NCBI GenBank assembly: GCA_965261005.1
Contig: OZ253375.1
Span: forward strand, 2,848,001-2,912,000
Length of the DNA: 64,000 nt
Source of the DNA: Deinococcus sp.
GTDB taxonomy: Bacteria; Deinococcota; Deinococci; Deinococcales; Deinococcaceae
Reading direction: 5' to 3'
The notes under the pieces were generated by a model that was not told where the DNA came from, searched no databases, and saw nothing but the letters and a program-made list of their open reading frames with translations. How positions within the stretch are numbered: position 1 is the stretch's first letter; each line of letters starts with the position of its first letter. The position numbers and the translations under genes are program-made. Below, piece by piece: positions 1-13,032 of the stretch.

Positions 1-952
1 CGATCCACAGCCAGACCAGCTCACCGGCCTGGATGTGTTGGCCGCCCAGTTCCAGGTCCTGACTGGCTCGCCGGACCGCGTACTGAAAGGGACTTTCGAA
101 CCTCAGCAGCTCCTCGCTGGCCTGTTCGGCGGTGACCGATGTGTGGCCCAATGCTGCCCAACTCGCGGGACGGCATAGCAGCGTGAACACGGCGTTGCCC
201 AGGCCCGCGCTCGTGGTGTCGTACCCCCCGGTCAGCAGGGTGACCAGATGAGCGTTCAACTCCCCGTCTGTCAGAGCGTCGCCCTCGTCGTGCGCTTGCA
301 CCAGCACGCTGATCAGATCGTCCTGCGGCTGGACACGGCGTTGCTGGGCGATGTCTTGAAGGTAGGCCACCAGCTTCTAAAGATTGAGCATGCTTTGCAG
401 TGATGGCTGAAGGTCAAACAGGCCCTCTGAAAGCTGACGGAACAGCGGCCAGTCGGCCTTGGGAACGCCCATGAGCAAGGCAATCGCCATCAGCGGTAGC
501 GGCGCGGCGAAGTCGGCAATGAAGTCGAACTCCCCTTTGCGCTCGACTGTGAGTAGGAGATCGTCCACCACGGCCTGAAGCTGGGGTCGCAATGCCTGAA
601 TTCGCCGAGGCAAGAAGGCAGGTGCAACCAGCTTGCGAAGACGGGTGTGATCGGGAGGATCGGCGGTCAGCAGCGAACCATTGACCACTGCCCAGAATTG
701 GCGGGTCAATTCATCGGTTTCCCACGGCTGGGGCGTGGGAAGAACGTCTCGACTGGACAGTCGGAGATCCTTGAGTGCTGGGCCGATATCGGCGTGGTGC
801 GTCAGATGCCATCCTGGCGGTCCCCAGCCACTTTCGGCGCGCAAGCAGCGTCCCGCCGCGCGCAGTTTGGCGTACAGCGGGTAAGGATCGGCCAGAGCCG
901 TAGGTTCAGAGCCAGTTAGACGCCCCACGAGTTCAGACACGGTGTCGTTCAT
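1..952 (-). pseudogene. Cytochrome P450 with an internal in-frame amber stop; 3' end runs off the window
   Basis: ORF 377..952 has P450 N-terminal motifs (DPYP, DPPDHTRLR). After TAG at 377-379 the same frame continues KLVAYLQD...DDLISVL...LLTGGYDTT (I-helix)...EELLRFESP (ExxR) to the window edge. Confidence 0.9.
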
Positions 953-1475
953 ACACTCCTCCAGATTCGGCGCTGGAGCCGAGGAGAGCTATCATGACAC
1001 TGTGAAGAAGAAGTTTGGTGAGGATATTACTTCCCAGAAGAGTAATACGCGAGAAGAGGCTTTGGAAGCGTTCACCCGGCTGAGTGCGTCTCTACACGCC
1101 CTGAACACACGAATCTCAGTGGAAACAAAGCTCACCATGTCTGAACTCAGCGCCAGTGAACATCTGCGGCTCGATGGCCCCTTAACCCCCAGGGACATTT
1201 CTAAGCGCATTCACCTGAGCACTGGGGCGACGACGGGCATGCTGGACCGGCTAGAGCAGCGGGGTTTTGTGCGGCGCGCCCCACATCCTACGGATCGGCG
1301 GAGCGTGCTGGTGTACTACCAGGAACGGGACAATCCCAGCATCGCCCGCTTGAATGACCTCGACGAGCGGCTCAGCGCCCGGCTGGCACAGCTCAGCGAA
1401 TCTGAGCGGGCGACCATCATCACATTCTTGAGAGGCGTGACAAACGACGTCTCTGGGACGATTGACCGCGAGTAG
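942..1475 (+). CDS. MarR-family regulator, divergent from the P450 (true start may be GTG 1002)
   Basis: LSTGATTGMLDRLEQRGFVRRAPHPTDRRSVLV winged-helix MarR signature. Confidence 0.88.
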   Translation: MSFIHSSRFGAGAEESYHDTVKKKFGEDITSQKSNTREEALEAFTRLSASLHALNTRISVETKLTMSELSASEHLRLDGPLTPRDISKRIHLSTGATTGMLDRLEQRGFVRRAPHPTDRRSVLVYYQERDNPSIARLNDLDERLSARLAQLSESERATIITFLRGVTNDVSGTIDRE

Positions 1476-1524
1476 GGATTGATTCTGGCGGTGGAGATGT
1501 GGTTAGGGAACTATTGATACCGCC

Positions 1525-1834
1525 CTAAGTTAACAACGGTTGAAAGGCGTGGAGAAGCTTGTTGGGGAGGTGGGCGGAGCGGAATCGTTGCCAGCCGGTT
1601 CGCAGCTTGGCCTTGAGTTCGGCAAGGTCGTGGATGGCGGCGGGGGACTTGACGGTGGCTTGAGCGGGAAACGGTCGGTCCTTGGCTTCGAGGAACAGAT
1701 CGAGGAAGACGCGCAACGAGTCGCGGTGCTGCTTGCGAGCGAAGCCCTTAAGGATGGTTGATGCTTCGCGCGACCCGTTGGGAGTGACAGAGCGTTTTTG
1801 GCACAAGCACGAAACGTGAGCCGGGAGTACTTAG
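1525..1834 (-). mobile_element. Internally deleted IS701-like remnant
   Basis: FARKQHRDSLRVFLDLFLEAKDRPFPAQATVKSPAAI is nearly identical to the N-terminus of the transposase at 45761..46891, then jumps to a short tail. Ends CTAAGT/ACTTAG form a short inverted pair. Confidence 0.75.
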
Positions 1835-1880
1835 CTGGCTTTTCACATGTCGGTGCGCGGCCGTGCGCTACACTCTGGCC

Positions 1881-2501
1881 GTGAACGCAACGCTCGACCG
1901 CGTCGTCCTGGCCACCTCCAACACGGGCAAAGTTCAAGAACTGCAAGAGGCGCTGGCCCCGTTGCGCTGGCACTTCGCGCCGCTGGGTGGCCTCGCCATG
2001 CCCCCCGAGGACGCCTCGACCTACGAGGAAAACGCCGCCCTCAAGGCCTGCACCATCGCCATCCGCAGCGGCCTCCCGGCCCTCGCCGACGATTCGGGTT
2101 TGGAGGTCGCGGCCCTCAGCGGCGAGCCGGGCGTCTACAGCGCGCGTTTCGGCGGGCGGGCAAACGACACCGAGCGCAATCTCTACCTGCTGGAGCGTTT
2201 GCGGCGCATTCCCCCCGAGCAGCGCGCCGCCAAGTTCGTCTCGGTGGTCGTGCTGGCCTACCCCGACGGCCACCTGGAGGCGTACCGGGGCGAGGTCGAG
2301 GGGCGCATTCTGGAGGGGCCGCGCGGCCAGGGGGGCTTCGGCTACGACCCCCTCTTTGAGGTGGCGGGGCTGGGGCGCAGCATGGCCGAGCTGGACGTCG
2401 CCGAAAAGCGGGCGGTGTCCCACCGTGGCCGCGCCCTGGCCGCCCTGCTGGCGGCCCACAAAAACGGGCCGCCGCGCCGCGAGGTCAGCGTTCTCGAATG
2501 A
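1881..2501 (+). CDS. rdgB: Non-canonical purine NTP pyrophosphatase (RdgB/Ham1)
   Basis: ATSNTGK, ADDSGL, PGVYSAR, GFGYDP, SHRGRA. TACACT -10 box lies 6 nt before GTG 1881 (leaderless-type start). Confidence 0.95.
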   Translation: MNATLDRVVLATSNTGKVQELQEALAPLRWHFAPLGGLAMPPEDASTYEENAALKACTIAIRSGLPALADDSGLEVAALSGEPGVYSARFGGRANDTERNLYLLERLRRIPPEQRAAKFVSVVVLAYPDGHLEAYRGEVEGRILEGPRGQGGFGYDPLFEVAGLGRSMAELDVAEKRAVSHRGRALAALLAAHKNGPPRREVSVLE

Positions 2502-3515
2502 CTACTGCGTACTTCTAGGGTCGAGCACGTCGCGCAGACCGTCCCCCAGCAAGTTGAAGCCCAGTACCGTCAGCAGAATGGCCAGGCCCGGAAAGAGCAT
2601 GGTCCACGGCGCGCTGCCGTAGTAGTCCTTGGCGTCGGCGATCATGGTGCCCCACTCGGGGGCGGGCGGGGTGGCGCCCAAGCCCAGAAAGCCCAGCGCG
2701 GCCACCTCGATGGTGGCGGTGGCGATGGACAAACTCCCCTGCACGATCAGGGGCGTCAGGCTGTTGGGCAGCACGTGACGCCACATGATGCGCCCGCCCC
2801 CAGCCCCCAGTGCCCCGGCGGCCTGCACGAACTCGCGCTCGCGCACCGACAACACCACCGAGCGCGCGAGGCGCACGTACACCGGAATCTGCACGACCGA
2901 CACCGCCAGCATGGCGCCGTACAGCCGCACGTCCACGCCGCGCGCCGCGAGCCAGTTGATGAAGCCCTCGAAGCCGCCCACCCCCGGCCCTGTGCTCACC
3001 GGGATAATCGCCACGATGATAATGGCGAGCAGAATGCTGGGAAAGGCCAGCAGCAAGTCCGACAGGTAGCCGGTGACGTTGTCGAACCAGCCGCCGAAGT
3101 AGCCCGAGACCACCCCCAGCAGGCTGCCGACGATCATGGCGGCCAGCGTGGCGATCAGGCCGACTTGCAGCGAGATGCGCGCGCCGTGGAGAACGCGCAC
3201 GGCGATGTCGCGCCCCAGGTTGTCGGTGCCGAAGGGATGTTTGAAGTAGCTGACCCCGCCGGCGTCATTTTTGTATTGCTCGCGCACGGCCGGATTCCAC
3301 AGCGCGATCAAGCTGGGCGGTACCAAGCGGTCGGTGTAGGAGCGGTCGGTGGTCGGGTCGTAGGGCCGGAGCAGCGGGGCGAGCAGGGCCAACAGCACGA
3401 AGAAGATGACGATTACGCCGCCGGTCTTGCCCGGCAGGGACTTGCGAAAGCGGCGCCAGAAGATGTTCTGGCTTGTGCGCCGTTCGGGCGTGGGCGTTGG
3501 GGCGGTGGTGGTCAA
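2502..3515 (-). CDS. dppC: Peptide ABC transporter permease (DppC/OppC)
   Basis: HPFGTDNLGRD, EFVQAAGALG, RHVLPN, PEWG. Confidence 0.9.
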   Translation of the reverse strand: MTTTAPTPTPERRTSQNIFWRRFRKSLPGKTGGVIVIFFVLLALLAPLLRPYDPTTDRSYTDRLVPPSLIALWNPAVREQYKNDAGGVSYFKHPFGTDNLGRDIAVRVLHGARISLQVGLIATLAAMIVGSLLGVVSGYFGGWFDNVTGYLSDLLLAFPSILLAIIIVAIIPVSTGPGVGGFEGFINWLAARGVDVRLYGAMLAVSVVQIPVYVRLARSVVLSVREREFVQAAGALGAGGGRIMWRHVLPNSLTPLIVQGSLSIATATIEVAALGFLGLGATPPAPEWGTMIADAKDYYGSAPWTMLFPGLAILLTVLGFNLLGDGLRDVLDPRSTQ

Positions 3516-3544
3516 GGGCAGCTCCTTTTTGTGGAAGTGAACGC

Positions 3545-4582
3545 TTAACGGTACTGAATGCGCGGATCGAGAAAGGCGTAGCTGAGGTCCACCACCAAGT
3601 TCACCACCGACACGACCAGGGCCGCGAAGATGACACCTGCCTGAATCACCGGATAGTCGCGGTTGGAGATGCCATCAAAAACCCACGACCCGAGGCCCGG
3701 CCAGGAAAAGATAGTCTCGGTCAGCACGGCGCCCCCCAGCAGCACGCCCACCTGAAGGCCGATAATGGTCACGACCGGCAGAAGGGCGTTGCGCAGCGCG
3801 TGCTTGAGGACCACCCGGCCGCGCGTCAGGCCCTTGGAGGTGGCGGTGCGGACGTAGTCCTGGCCCAGCACCTCCAGCATGCTGGAGCGGGTGATGCGCG
3901 CGATGATGGCCATCGGAATGGTGCCGAGGGCGATGGCCGGCAAAATCAGGTGGCGAATGCCGTCCCAGACGTTGCTGAACTGGCCGCGCAGCAAGCTGTC
4001 GAGCACGTACAGCCCGGTGAGGGGCTGGTAATCGGCCCCCACCGCGTAGCGCGCGCTGGCCGGCAGCCAGCCCAGCCGCACCGCGAAGAAGTAGGACAGC
4101 AGCAAACCCAGCCAAAACACCGGGATCGAGACCCCGATGAGGCTGATGGTGGTGGCGAAGTTGTCCCAAAAGCCGTTGCGCCGCAGCGCCGCCACGATGC
4201 CCGCCGGCAAACCGACCAGCAGCGCGAACAGCAGCGCCGCCAGCGACAGCTCCACCGTGGCCGGAAAGCGGCTCCTCAGCTCGCCCACCACCGGAATCTG
4301 GCTCTTGATGCCGCGCCCGAGGTCGCCGCGCGCCAGTTGGCCCACGAAGCGCGGGTACTGCGCGTCCAGCAGGTGGGCCGGGTCCGAAAAGTTCAGAAAC
4401 ACCGGCTTGTCGAGGCCAAGCTGGGTCCGCAGGGCGGCCACCGCTTCGGGGCTGCCGCGCTCGCCCAGAATGACCACCGCCGGGTCGCCGGGAATGGCGC
4501 GAATCAGCCCAAAGACCAGCAGCGAGATGCCCACGATCACGGCCAGCGTGCGCAGCAGGCGCCGAATCACGTATGCGCTCAA
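3545..4582 (-). CDS. dppB: Peptide ABC transporter permease (DppB/OppB)
   Basis: IPGDPA, RFPATVEL, QDYVRTA, KHALRNA, ETIFSWPGLG. Confidence 0.92.
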   Translation of the reverse strand: MSAYVIRRLLRTLAVIVGISLLVFGLIRAIPGDPAVVILGERGSPEAVAALRTQLGLDKPVFLNFSDPAHLLDAQYPRFVGQLARGDLGRGIKSQIPVVGELRSRFPATVELSLAALLFALLVGLPAGIVAALRRNGFWDNFATTISLIGVSIPVFWLGLLLSYFFAVRLGWLPASARYAVGADYQPLTGLYVLDSLLRGQFSNVWDGIRHLILPAIALGTIPMAIIARITRSSMLEVLGQDYVRTATSKGLTRGRVVLKHALRNALLPVVTIIGLQVGVLLGGAVLTETIFSWPGLGSWVFDGISNRDYPVIQAGVIFAALVVSVVNLVVDLSYAFLDPRIQYR

Positions 4583-4650
4583 ACGAGACCTCCGAATACA
4601 GAAAGGGGTCGGGCATACAGCCCGACCCCACAGTGTAGAGCGTTCTGGAC

Positions 4651-6231
<1,581 letters not shown>

Positions 6232-6316
6232 GGGTTCTCCTTGAGGCCGAACGGGTCGGCTATTGAGCTGTCTTGATGGTCGAGTCTAGCAAATGCTTTA
6301 TGAGGTAAAAATGTGC

Positions 6317-7059
<743 letters not shown>

Positions 7060-7063
<4 letters not shown>

Positions 7064-7860
7064 AGGCTTTCCCGCGCTTCCTCTTTGCCGTACTCGCCGG
7101 CCGCCGCGCCGCGCCCCAGGTAGGCCTCGATCACGCGCGGGTCGTTGCGGACCTCGCGCGGCAGGCCCTCGGCGATCTTGGAGCCGTAGTCGAGCACCGT
7201 GATGTGCTCGCTGAGGGTCATCACCAGGCGCATGTCGTGCTCGATCAGGACCACCGTCACGCCCAGGTCGTCGCGCAGGCGGCGGATCAGCCCCTTGGCG
7301 GCCTCGGTCTCGGAGGGGTTCATGCCGGCGGTCGGCTCGTCGAGCAGCAACAGCTGAGGATCCGTCGCCAGCGCACGCGCGATCTCCAAGCGGCGTTGGT
7401 CGCCGTAGGGCAGGTTGGTGGCGAACTCCCCCCGCAGCCCCCGTAGCCCCACGAAGTCCAGCAGCTCGCGCGCCCGCGCGTGTCCGGCGCGCTCGTCCTC
7501 GTGAAAGCGCCCGGTGCGCAGCAGGGCGTCCAGAAAGTTCGCCCTCAGGCGCGGGTGGCAGCCCACCAGCACGTTTTCCTCGGCGGTCATGGAGGGAAAC
7601 AGGCGGATGTTCTGAAAGGTGCGCGCGATGCCGGCGGCCGTCACCTGGTCGGGCCGCAACCCCACCAGGTTCTTGCCGTTCAGCTCGATGGCGCCGCTGC
7701 TCGGCAGGTAGATGCCGGTGATCATGTTGAAAAAGGTGGTCTTGCCGGCCCCGTTCGGCCCGATCACCGAGATAATGGTCTTGTCGGGCACGCTCAGGTC
7801 CACATGGTCCACGGCCGTCAGGCCGCCGAAGTTCTTGGTGAGGCCGCGCACCGCCAGCAT
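7060..7860 (-). CDS. livG: Branched-chain amino acid ABC ATPase LivG
   Basis: GPNGAGKTT, ARTFQNIRLF, LPYGDQRRLEIARA, IEHDM. Confidence 0.92.
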
Positions 7861-9278
7861 CAGCGCTCCCCCTCCTCGCGCTCGTTTTCCCCATGGGTCG
7901 CCATGCCCGGCGAGTACACGTCCGAGCCGGCCCCCAGCAGCTCGCCGCCCGCCCCGCTCGCGTTCGCGGCGTCGAGTGAGCTGGGCGCCGGCTCACCCTC
8001 CAGCTCGTCCTCGTGCATCTCGCGCCGCCGCCTGACCGTGGGCAGCAGCCCCTCGGGCCGGAACAGCATCATCAGCACCAGGATGATGCCGAAGGTGAAG
8101 CGCTGGTACTGCGCCGGGTCGAGCTGCGGATTTAAATTCGGAAAGGCGCCCTGCAACGACTCCGACAGCGAGGGCAGGAGGTTGAGGTTGAGCAGCGTCA
8201 CCACCGTCGCGCCCAGGATCACGCCCGGAATGCTGCCCATGCCGCCCAGGATGACCATGCTCAGGACGCCGATGGATTGAAAGAAGTTAAAGGACTCCGG
8301 TGAAATGAAAGCCTGCTTGGCCGCGAAGACCATGCCCATGATGCCGGCGAAGGAGGCCCCGGTCGCAAAGGCGAGCAGCTTGGTCCGCACCAGCGGGACG
8401 CCCATCGCCTGTGCGGCGATCTCGTCCTCGCGAATGGCGATCCACGACCTCCCGATGCGCGAGTTGTCCAGCCGCACGTTCACCACGATCACCACCGCGA
8501 TGATGATCAGGACCAGGAAGTACAGGAAAAAGAGGTTGAACTGCGCGGGCGCGAAGCCCAGCCGCGCCGCGAGGCTGTCCAGCCACGGCACCGGGGCCGA
8601 CTTGATGGGGTTGAGGCCCTGCGAGCCGTTGGTGTACTTGTTCAGGTTGGTCGCCAGCACCCGGATGACCTCGCCCAGGCCGAGGGTCACGATGGCGAGG
8701 TAGTCGCCGCGCAGCTTGAGAACCGGCAAGCCGATCAGGATGCCCACAATCGCCGCCGCCGCGATGGCGAGGATCAGGAACAGCCAGAAGTAAGAGCCGC
8801 CAATGCCGTTCGCCAGCGCCGCGCTGCCGGTCAGCTGGCCGATCTGCGGCGAGGCGAAGATGCCCCACACGTAGGCGCCCACCGCAAAAAAGGCCACGTA
8901 GCCGAGGTCGAGTAAGCCCGCCAGCCCCACCACGATGTTGAGGCCAAGCGCGAGCGCCGCGAAGATGCCGATCTGAATGGCGAGGTCGAAGATGCCCGAG
9001 TTGTTCTGCCCCACCCACGGCATCACGACCAGCAGGCTCAGGGCGACCACGGCCAGCTTGACGGCGGGCGCCGCCCGCCATTGGTAGGCGAACAACACGT
9101 TGGCGAGGAACAGCACCAACAGGGCCGAGGTGGTGATCGAGGGCAAGGTCGGGCCGGGCAGCCCGAAGCTCGCGAGGGCGTTTTCGAGCCACAGCAGCAG
9201 CAGACTGCTGACCAGGGCGTAGCCGGCCAGCAGCCAGGTGCGGTCGGGCCTCGGGGAGGTTCTGACCAAGGCGCTCAT
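7860..9278 (-). CDS. livM: Branched-chain amino acid ABC permease LivM
   Basis: GLNIVVGLAGLLDLGYVAF, LRGDYLAIVTLG, AIREDE. Confidence 0.92.
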   Translation of the reverse strand: MSALVRTSPRPDRTWLLAGYALVSSLLLLWLENALASFGLPGPTLPSITTSALLVLFLANVLFAYQWRAAPAVKLAVVALSLLVVMPWVGQNNSGIFDLAIQIGIFAALALGLNIVVGLAGLLDLGYVAFFAVGAYVWGIFASPQIGQLTGSAALANGIGGSYFWLFLILAIAAAAIVGILIGLPVLKLRGDYLAIVTLGLGEVIRVLATNLNKYTNGSQGLNPIKSAPVPWLDSLAARLGFAPAQFNLFFLYFLVLIIIAVVIVVNVRLDNSRIGRSWIAIREDEIAAQAMGVPLVRTKLLAFATGASFAGIMGMVFAAKQAFISPESFNFFQSIGVLSMVILGGMGSIPGVILGATVVTLLNLNLLPSLSESLQGAFPNLNPQLDPAQYQRFTFGIILVLMMLFRPEGLLPTVRRRREMHEDELEGEPAPSSLDAANASGAGGELLGAGSDVYSPGMATHGENEREEGER

Positions 9279-10261
9279 ACCTTTTCCGTCTCATTCCGCC
9301 CGAGCAAGCCCGACGGCCGGAACATCAGGATCAGGATCAGGGCCAAAAAGGCGCCGATGTCCTTGTACTCCGCCCCGATGGCGCCCAGCCACGCCAGCGG
9401 CTTGAAGAGCGCGCCGAAAATGCTCAGCACGCCGATCAGGGTTTCGAGCAGGCCCAGCACCAGGCCGCCCAGCACCGCCCCCGGAATCGAGCCGATGCCG
9501 CCGAGCACGGCGGCGGTAAAGGCCTTGATGCCGGGAATGATGCCGCTGTAGGCGTTGACGGTCCCGAACTGCATCCCGAACAGCACGCCGCCCACCCCGC
9601 CCAGGGCGCCGCCGATCAGAAAGGTGAGCGCGATGATACGGTCGCCGTCGATGCCCATCAGGGCGGCCGTTTGGCGGTCCTGCGCCACCGCCCGGATGGC
9701 GCGGCCCAGCTTGGTGGAGCTGACCACGTAGTTGAGCGCCAGCAGCATCAGCACCGCGATCACGATCAGCAGGATGTCCTTGACCTGAAAGTTGACGCCC
9801 AAGGTGGTCACGAAGGCGGGCACCGGGATGTTCTGCGCGAAGCCCTGCGGCAGGGTGTAGACCAAGTTGAAGCGGCCCTGCAAGCCTTCCAGCAGCTTGA
9901 GCACGTCCTGCAAGACCAAGCTCACGCCGATGGCCGAGATCAGCGGCACCAGGCGCGGCGCCCCCCGCAGCGGGCGGTAGGCCAGGCGCTCGATCAGCAC
10001 GTTGAGGAGGCCCGCGACCAGCATCGCCGCGACCAGCGCGACCAGCAGCTTGAGGTAGCCGTTCAGCGGCGAGGGCGCCAGCAGCCGGAAGGCCTCGAAG
10101 CCCACCACCGCCCCCGTCACGAACACCTCCGAGTGCGCGAAGTTGATCAGCTGTAACACGCCGTACACCATGGTGTAGCCCAGCGCGATCACGGCGTACA
10201 CGAAGCCGATGATCAGGCCCGACACCAGCACCTGCGCCAAGATTGAGGGAAGTAGCTCCAC
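9275..10261 (-). CDS. livH: Branched-chain amino acid ABC permease LivH
   Basis: ALGYTMVYGVLQLINFAH, KAFTAAVLGGIG. Confidence 0.92.
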   Translation of the reverse strand: MELLPSILAQVLVSGLIIGFVYAVIALGYTMVYGVLQLINFAHSEVFVTGAVVGFEAFRLLAPSPLNGYLKLLVALVAAMLVAGLLNVLIERLAYRPLRGAPRLVPLISAIGVSLVLQDVLKLLEGLQGRFNLVYTLPQGFAQNIPVPAFVTTLGVNFQVKDILLIVIAVLMLLALNYVVSSTKLGRAIRAVAQDRQTAALMGIDGDRIIALTFLIGGALGGVGGVLFGMQFGTVNAYSGIIPGIKAFTAAVLGGIGSIPGAVLGGLVLGLLETLIGVLSIFGALFKPLAWLGAIGAEYKDIGAFLALILILMFRPSGLLGRNETEKV

Positions 10262-10361
10262 GCCGCTCCTTTTTTCCGGTTAAAACCCTACAGATTGGAA
10301 ACTCTACAAAACGGGGCCGAGCGTGAACTCGGCCCTGCTAAAACTAAACCTGTTTGCCTGC

Positions 10362-11525
10362 TTACTTGATCGGCGCCTTGGCGTCAACGGTGTTGACGAG
10401 GTTGTACTTCTTCATGTCGTCGGCCACCTTCATGATATAGACCTTCGCCACGTCACGGTCGCCGACGGAGTTGAACTTCACTTCGCCGGACAACAGGCCG
10501 GTGGCGTCCACGCCGCGAATGGCCTTTTCCACCTGCGCGCGGCTGGGCAGCTTGCCGCCGTTCATCTTGACGGCGTCCATCATGCCCGCCAGCACGACCT
10601 TGGCCGCGTCGTAGCCGAAGGCGCCGAAGCCCTGAGCGGGCTTGCTGAAAGCCTTTTGGTAGTTGTCGGCGAACGTCTTCGCGCTGGGCAGCGTATCAAC
10701 CGGCGCGGCGACCGTCGTGAAGTAGATGTTCTGAGCGCCCTTGCCCGCGATGGTGAGCAAAGAGCTGGAGTCGTAGCCGTCGCCGCCCATCAAGGGCACA
10801 TTGACACCCGCCTCGCGCAGTTGCTTGGCGAACACGCCGGTCTGGTCGTAGATGCCGCCGAAGTAGATCACGTCGGGCTTGAGCGCCTTGATCTTGATCA
10901 CGAGGGGCTGGAAATTGCTCTTTTCCTCGGTGCCCTCGGAGCCGAGGACCTTGACGCCGTTGGCCTTGAGGTACTTCTCGACCTCGGCCGACAGCCCCTC
11001 GCCGTAGGCGGTCTTATCGTTGAGGACGTAGGCGGTCTTGGCCTTGAGGGTGCCCGCGATGTAGCGCCCGGCCTCGCGGCCCTGAACGTCGTCACGAACG
11101 ACGATGCGGTTCATGTTGGCGAGGCCCCGGTCGGTCACTTGGTTGGCGGTGTTGGCGGGGGAGACCATCGCGAGGTTGCTCGACTCCAGCGCCTTGGAGG
11201 CGGGAATGGCCACGCCCGAGTTGAGGGTGCCGACCACCGCGAGAATCTGCTTGTCGGCCGCGATCTTGCGGGCGGCGGCGGTGCCGGTGGTGGGGTCAGC
11301 TTGGTCGTCGTAACCGACCACCTGCAAATCGAAGCCCATCTTCTTAAAGGCGGCCTTGGCCTCGTTGACGGCCAAGGTGGCGCCGTTCTTGATCTGGGTG
11401 CCGAGGTCGGATTGCCCGCCCGAGAGGGGCGACAGGGTGGCGATCTTGATGGTCTGCTGCGCGTAGGCGCTGCCCAGCGACAGCGCGCCCGCGAGCATCA
11501 TGGTCATCAGGCCGGTTTTCTTCAT
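10362..11525 (-). CDS. livK: Branched-chain amino acid ABC substrate-binding protein
   Basis: Signal peptide from ATG 11525 (GGAGG RBS); PLSG, DDQADP, GTLNSG, DKTAYGEG. Confidence 0.88.
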   Translation of the reverse strand: MKKTGLMTMMLAGALSLGSAYAQQTIKIATLSPLSGGQSDLGTQIKNGATLAVNEAKAAFKKMGFDLQVVGYDDQADPTTGTAAARKIAADKQILAVVGTLNSGVAIPASKALESSNLAMVSPANTANQVTDRGLANMNRIVVRDDVQGREAGRYIAGTLKAKTAYVLNDKTAYGEGLSAEVEKYLKANGVKVLGSEGTEEKSNFQPLVIKIKALKPDVIYFGGIYDQTGVFAKQLREAGVNVPLMGGDGYDSSSLLTIAGKGAQNIYFTTVAAPVDTLPSAKTFADNYQKAFSKPAQGFGAFGYDAAKVVLAGMMDAVKMNGGKLPSRAQVEKAIRGVDATGLLSGEVKFNSVGDRDVAKVYIMKVADDMKKYNLVNTVDAKAPIK

Positions 11526-11697
11526 ACGTCCTCCACTGAAAGCGCCGCCTCGGAGGCGCCGATTTGCGAATTGCCACAGTCTAGGGGCGACTTCATGAAT
11601 TGTCAATGTAAATAGCAGAGTGGCTTATCGAAAAACTGCCGTTAGAGACATCATTTCTAGCGGTTTTCGAAGTTTGCCTGGCCTCATGTTTATACAT

Positions 11698-13032
11698 CTA
11701 CACCTCGGCCAGGTAGTGCTCCAATTCCCAGGGATGAACCACCGCCGAGTACTGGGACCACTCGGCGCGCTTGGCGGCCACGAAGTGCTCGAAGACGTGT
11801 TCGCCCAGGGCGGCGCGGACCACCTCGTCCCCTTCCAGGGCGTCCACCGCCGCGCTGAGGTCCCCCGGCAAGTTGCGAATGCGGTGGGCGCGGCGCTCGC
11901 GCACGGTCATTCTGTAGATGTTGCGCTGAATGGGCGGGGGCGGCTCCAAATTACGCTCGATCCCGTCGAGGCCCGCCGCCAGCATTACGGCCAGGGCCAG
12001 GTAGGGGTTGCACGACGGGTCGGGCATGCGCAGCTCGGCGCGGGTGCCCACGCCGCGCCGCGCCGGCACCCGGATCAGGGCGCTGCGGTTGGAGGTGCTC
12101 CAAGCGATGTTGGTGGGCGCCTCGAAGCCGGGCACCAGGCGCTTGTAGCTGTTGACCAGCGGGTTGGTGATGGCGGCCATGCCGGGGGCGTGCTCCAGTA
12201 AGCCGGCGATGAACTGCAACGCGACCGGGGAGAGCTGGTGGTCGCCGCCCTCGTCAAAAAAAGCGTTGTGCCCCCCTTTGAACAGCGACAAATGGCAGTG
12301 CATCCCGCTGCCGTTCAGGCTCGCCACCGGCTTGGGCATAAAGCTGGCGTGGACGCCGTGCTCCAGCGCCACCCGCTTGACCACGAAACGGAAGGTGGTG
12401 ATGCGGTCGGCGGTCTCCAGGGCCTCGGCGTACTTGAAGTCAATCTCGTGCTGGCCCGGCGCGACCTCGTGGTGGGCGGCCTCGATCTCGAAGCCCATCG
12501 TGAGGAGGGCGCCCGCGATCTCGCGCCGCAGCCCCTCGCCGCGGTCCACCGGGGCGAGGTCGAAGTAGCCGGCGTGGTCCCCGCTGATGGTGGTCGGCTG
12601 ACCATCCGCGCCGCGCTCGAAGATGAAGAACTCCGGCTCGGGGCCGGCGAACAGCTCGAAGCCGATCTGCGCCGCCCGCGCGATTTGGCGGCGCAGCACA
12701 AAGCGGGGATCGCCCTCGAAGGGGGCGCCCCCCGGCAGCGCCACGTCGCACACCAAGCGCGCCACCTGCCCGCGCTCTTCCCTCGAAAAGCTCGGAAAGA
12801 TCAAAAAGGTGCCCAGGTCGGGGCGCAGCAGCATGTCCGACTCCTCGACACGGGTGAAGCCCTCGATGGAGGAGCCGTCGAAGGTGACCTCGCCGTCGAG
12901 GGCCTTGGCGAACTGGCTGGCCGGCACCTCCACGTTCTTGGCGAAGCCCAGAATGTCGGTGAACTGAAGGCGCAGGAACCGGACGCCCTCCGCGTCGAGG
13001 CGCCGCAGGATCTCTTCTTTATCGTCGTTCAT
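11698..13032 (-). CDS. glnA: Glutamine synthetase type I
   Basis: FDGSSIEGF, HHEVAPGQHE, FMPKP, NGSGMHCHLS, SYKRLVPGFEAP, NRSALIRVP. Confidence 0.95.
   Translation of the reverse strand: MNDDKEEILRRLDAEGVRFLRLQFTDILGFAKNVEVPASQFAKALDGEVTFDGSSIEGFTRVEESDMLLRPDLGTFLIFPSFSREERGQVARLVCDVALPGGAPFEGDPRFVLRRQIARAAQIGFELFAGPEPEFFIFERGADGQPTTISGDHAGYFDLAPVDRGEGLRREIAGALLTMGFEIEAAHHEVAPGQHEIDFKYAEALETADRITTFRFVVKRVALEHGVHASFMPKPVASLNGSGMHCHLSLFKGGHNAFFDEGGDHQLSPVALQFIAGLLEHAPGMAAITNPLVNSYKRLVPGFEAPTNIAWSTSNRSALIRVPARRGVGTRAELRMPDPSCNPYLALAVMLAAGLDGIERNLEPPPPIQRNIYRMTVRERRAHRIRNLPGDLSAAVDALEGDEVVRAALGEHVFEHFVAAKRAEWSQYSAVVHPWELEHYLAEV

Noticed and set aside
377..379. Pyrrolysine recoding of the P450 TAG
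   Set aside because: No pyl genes are visible and TAG ends many normal genes here; a nonsense mutation is simpler.
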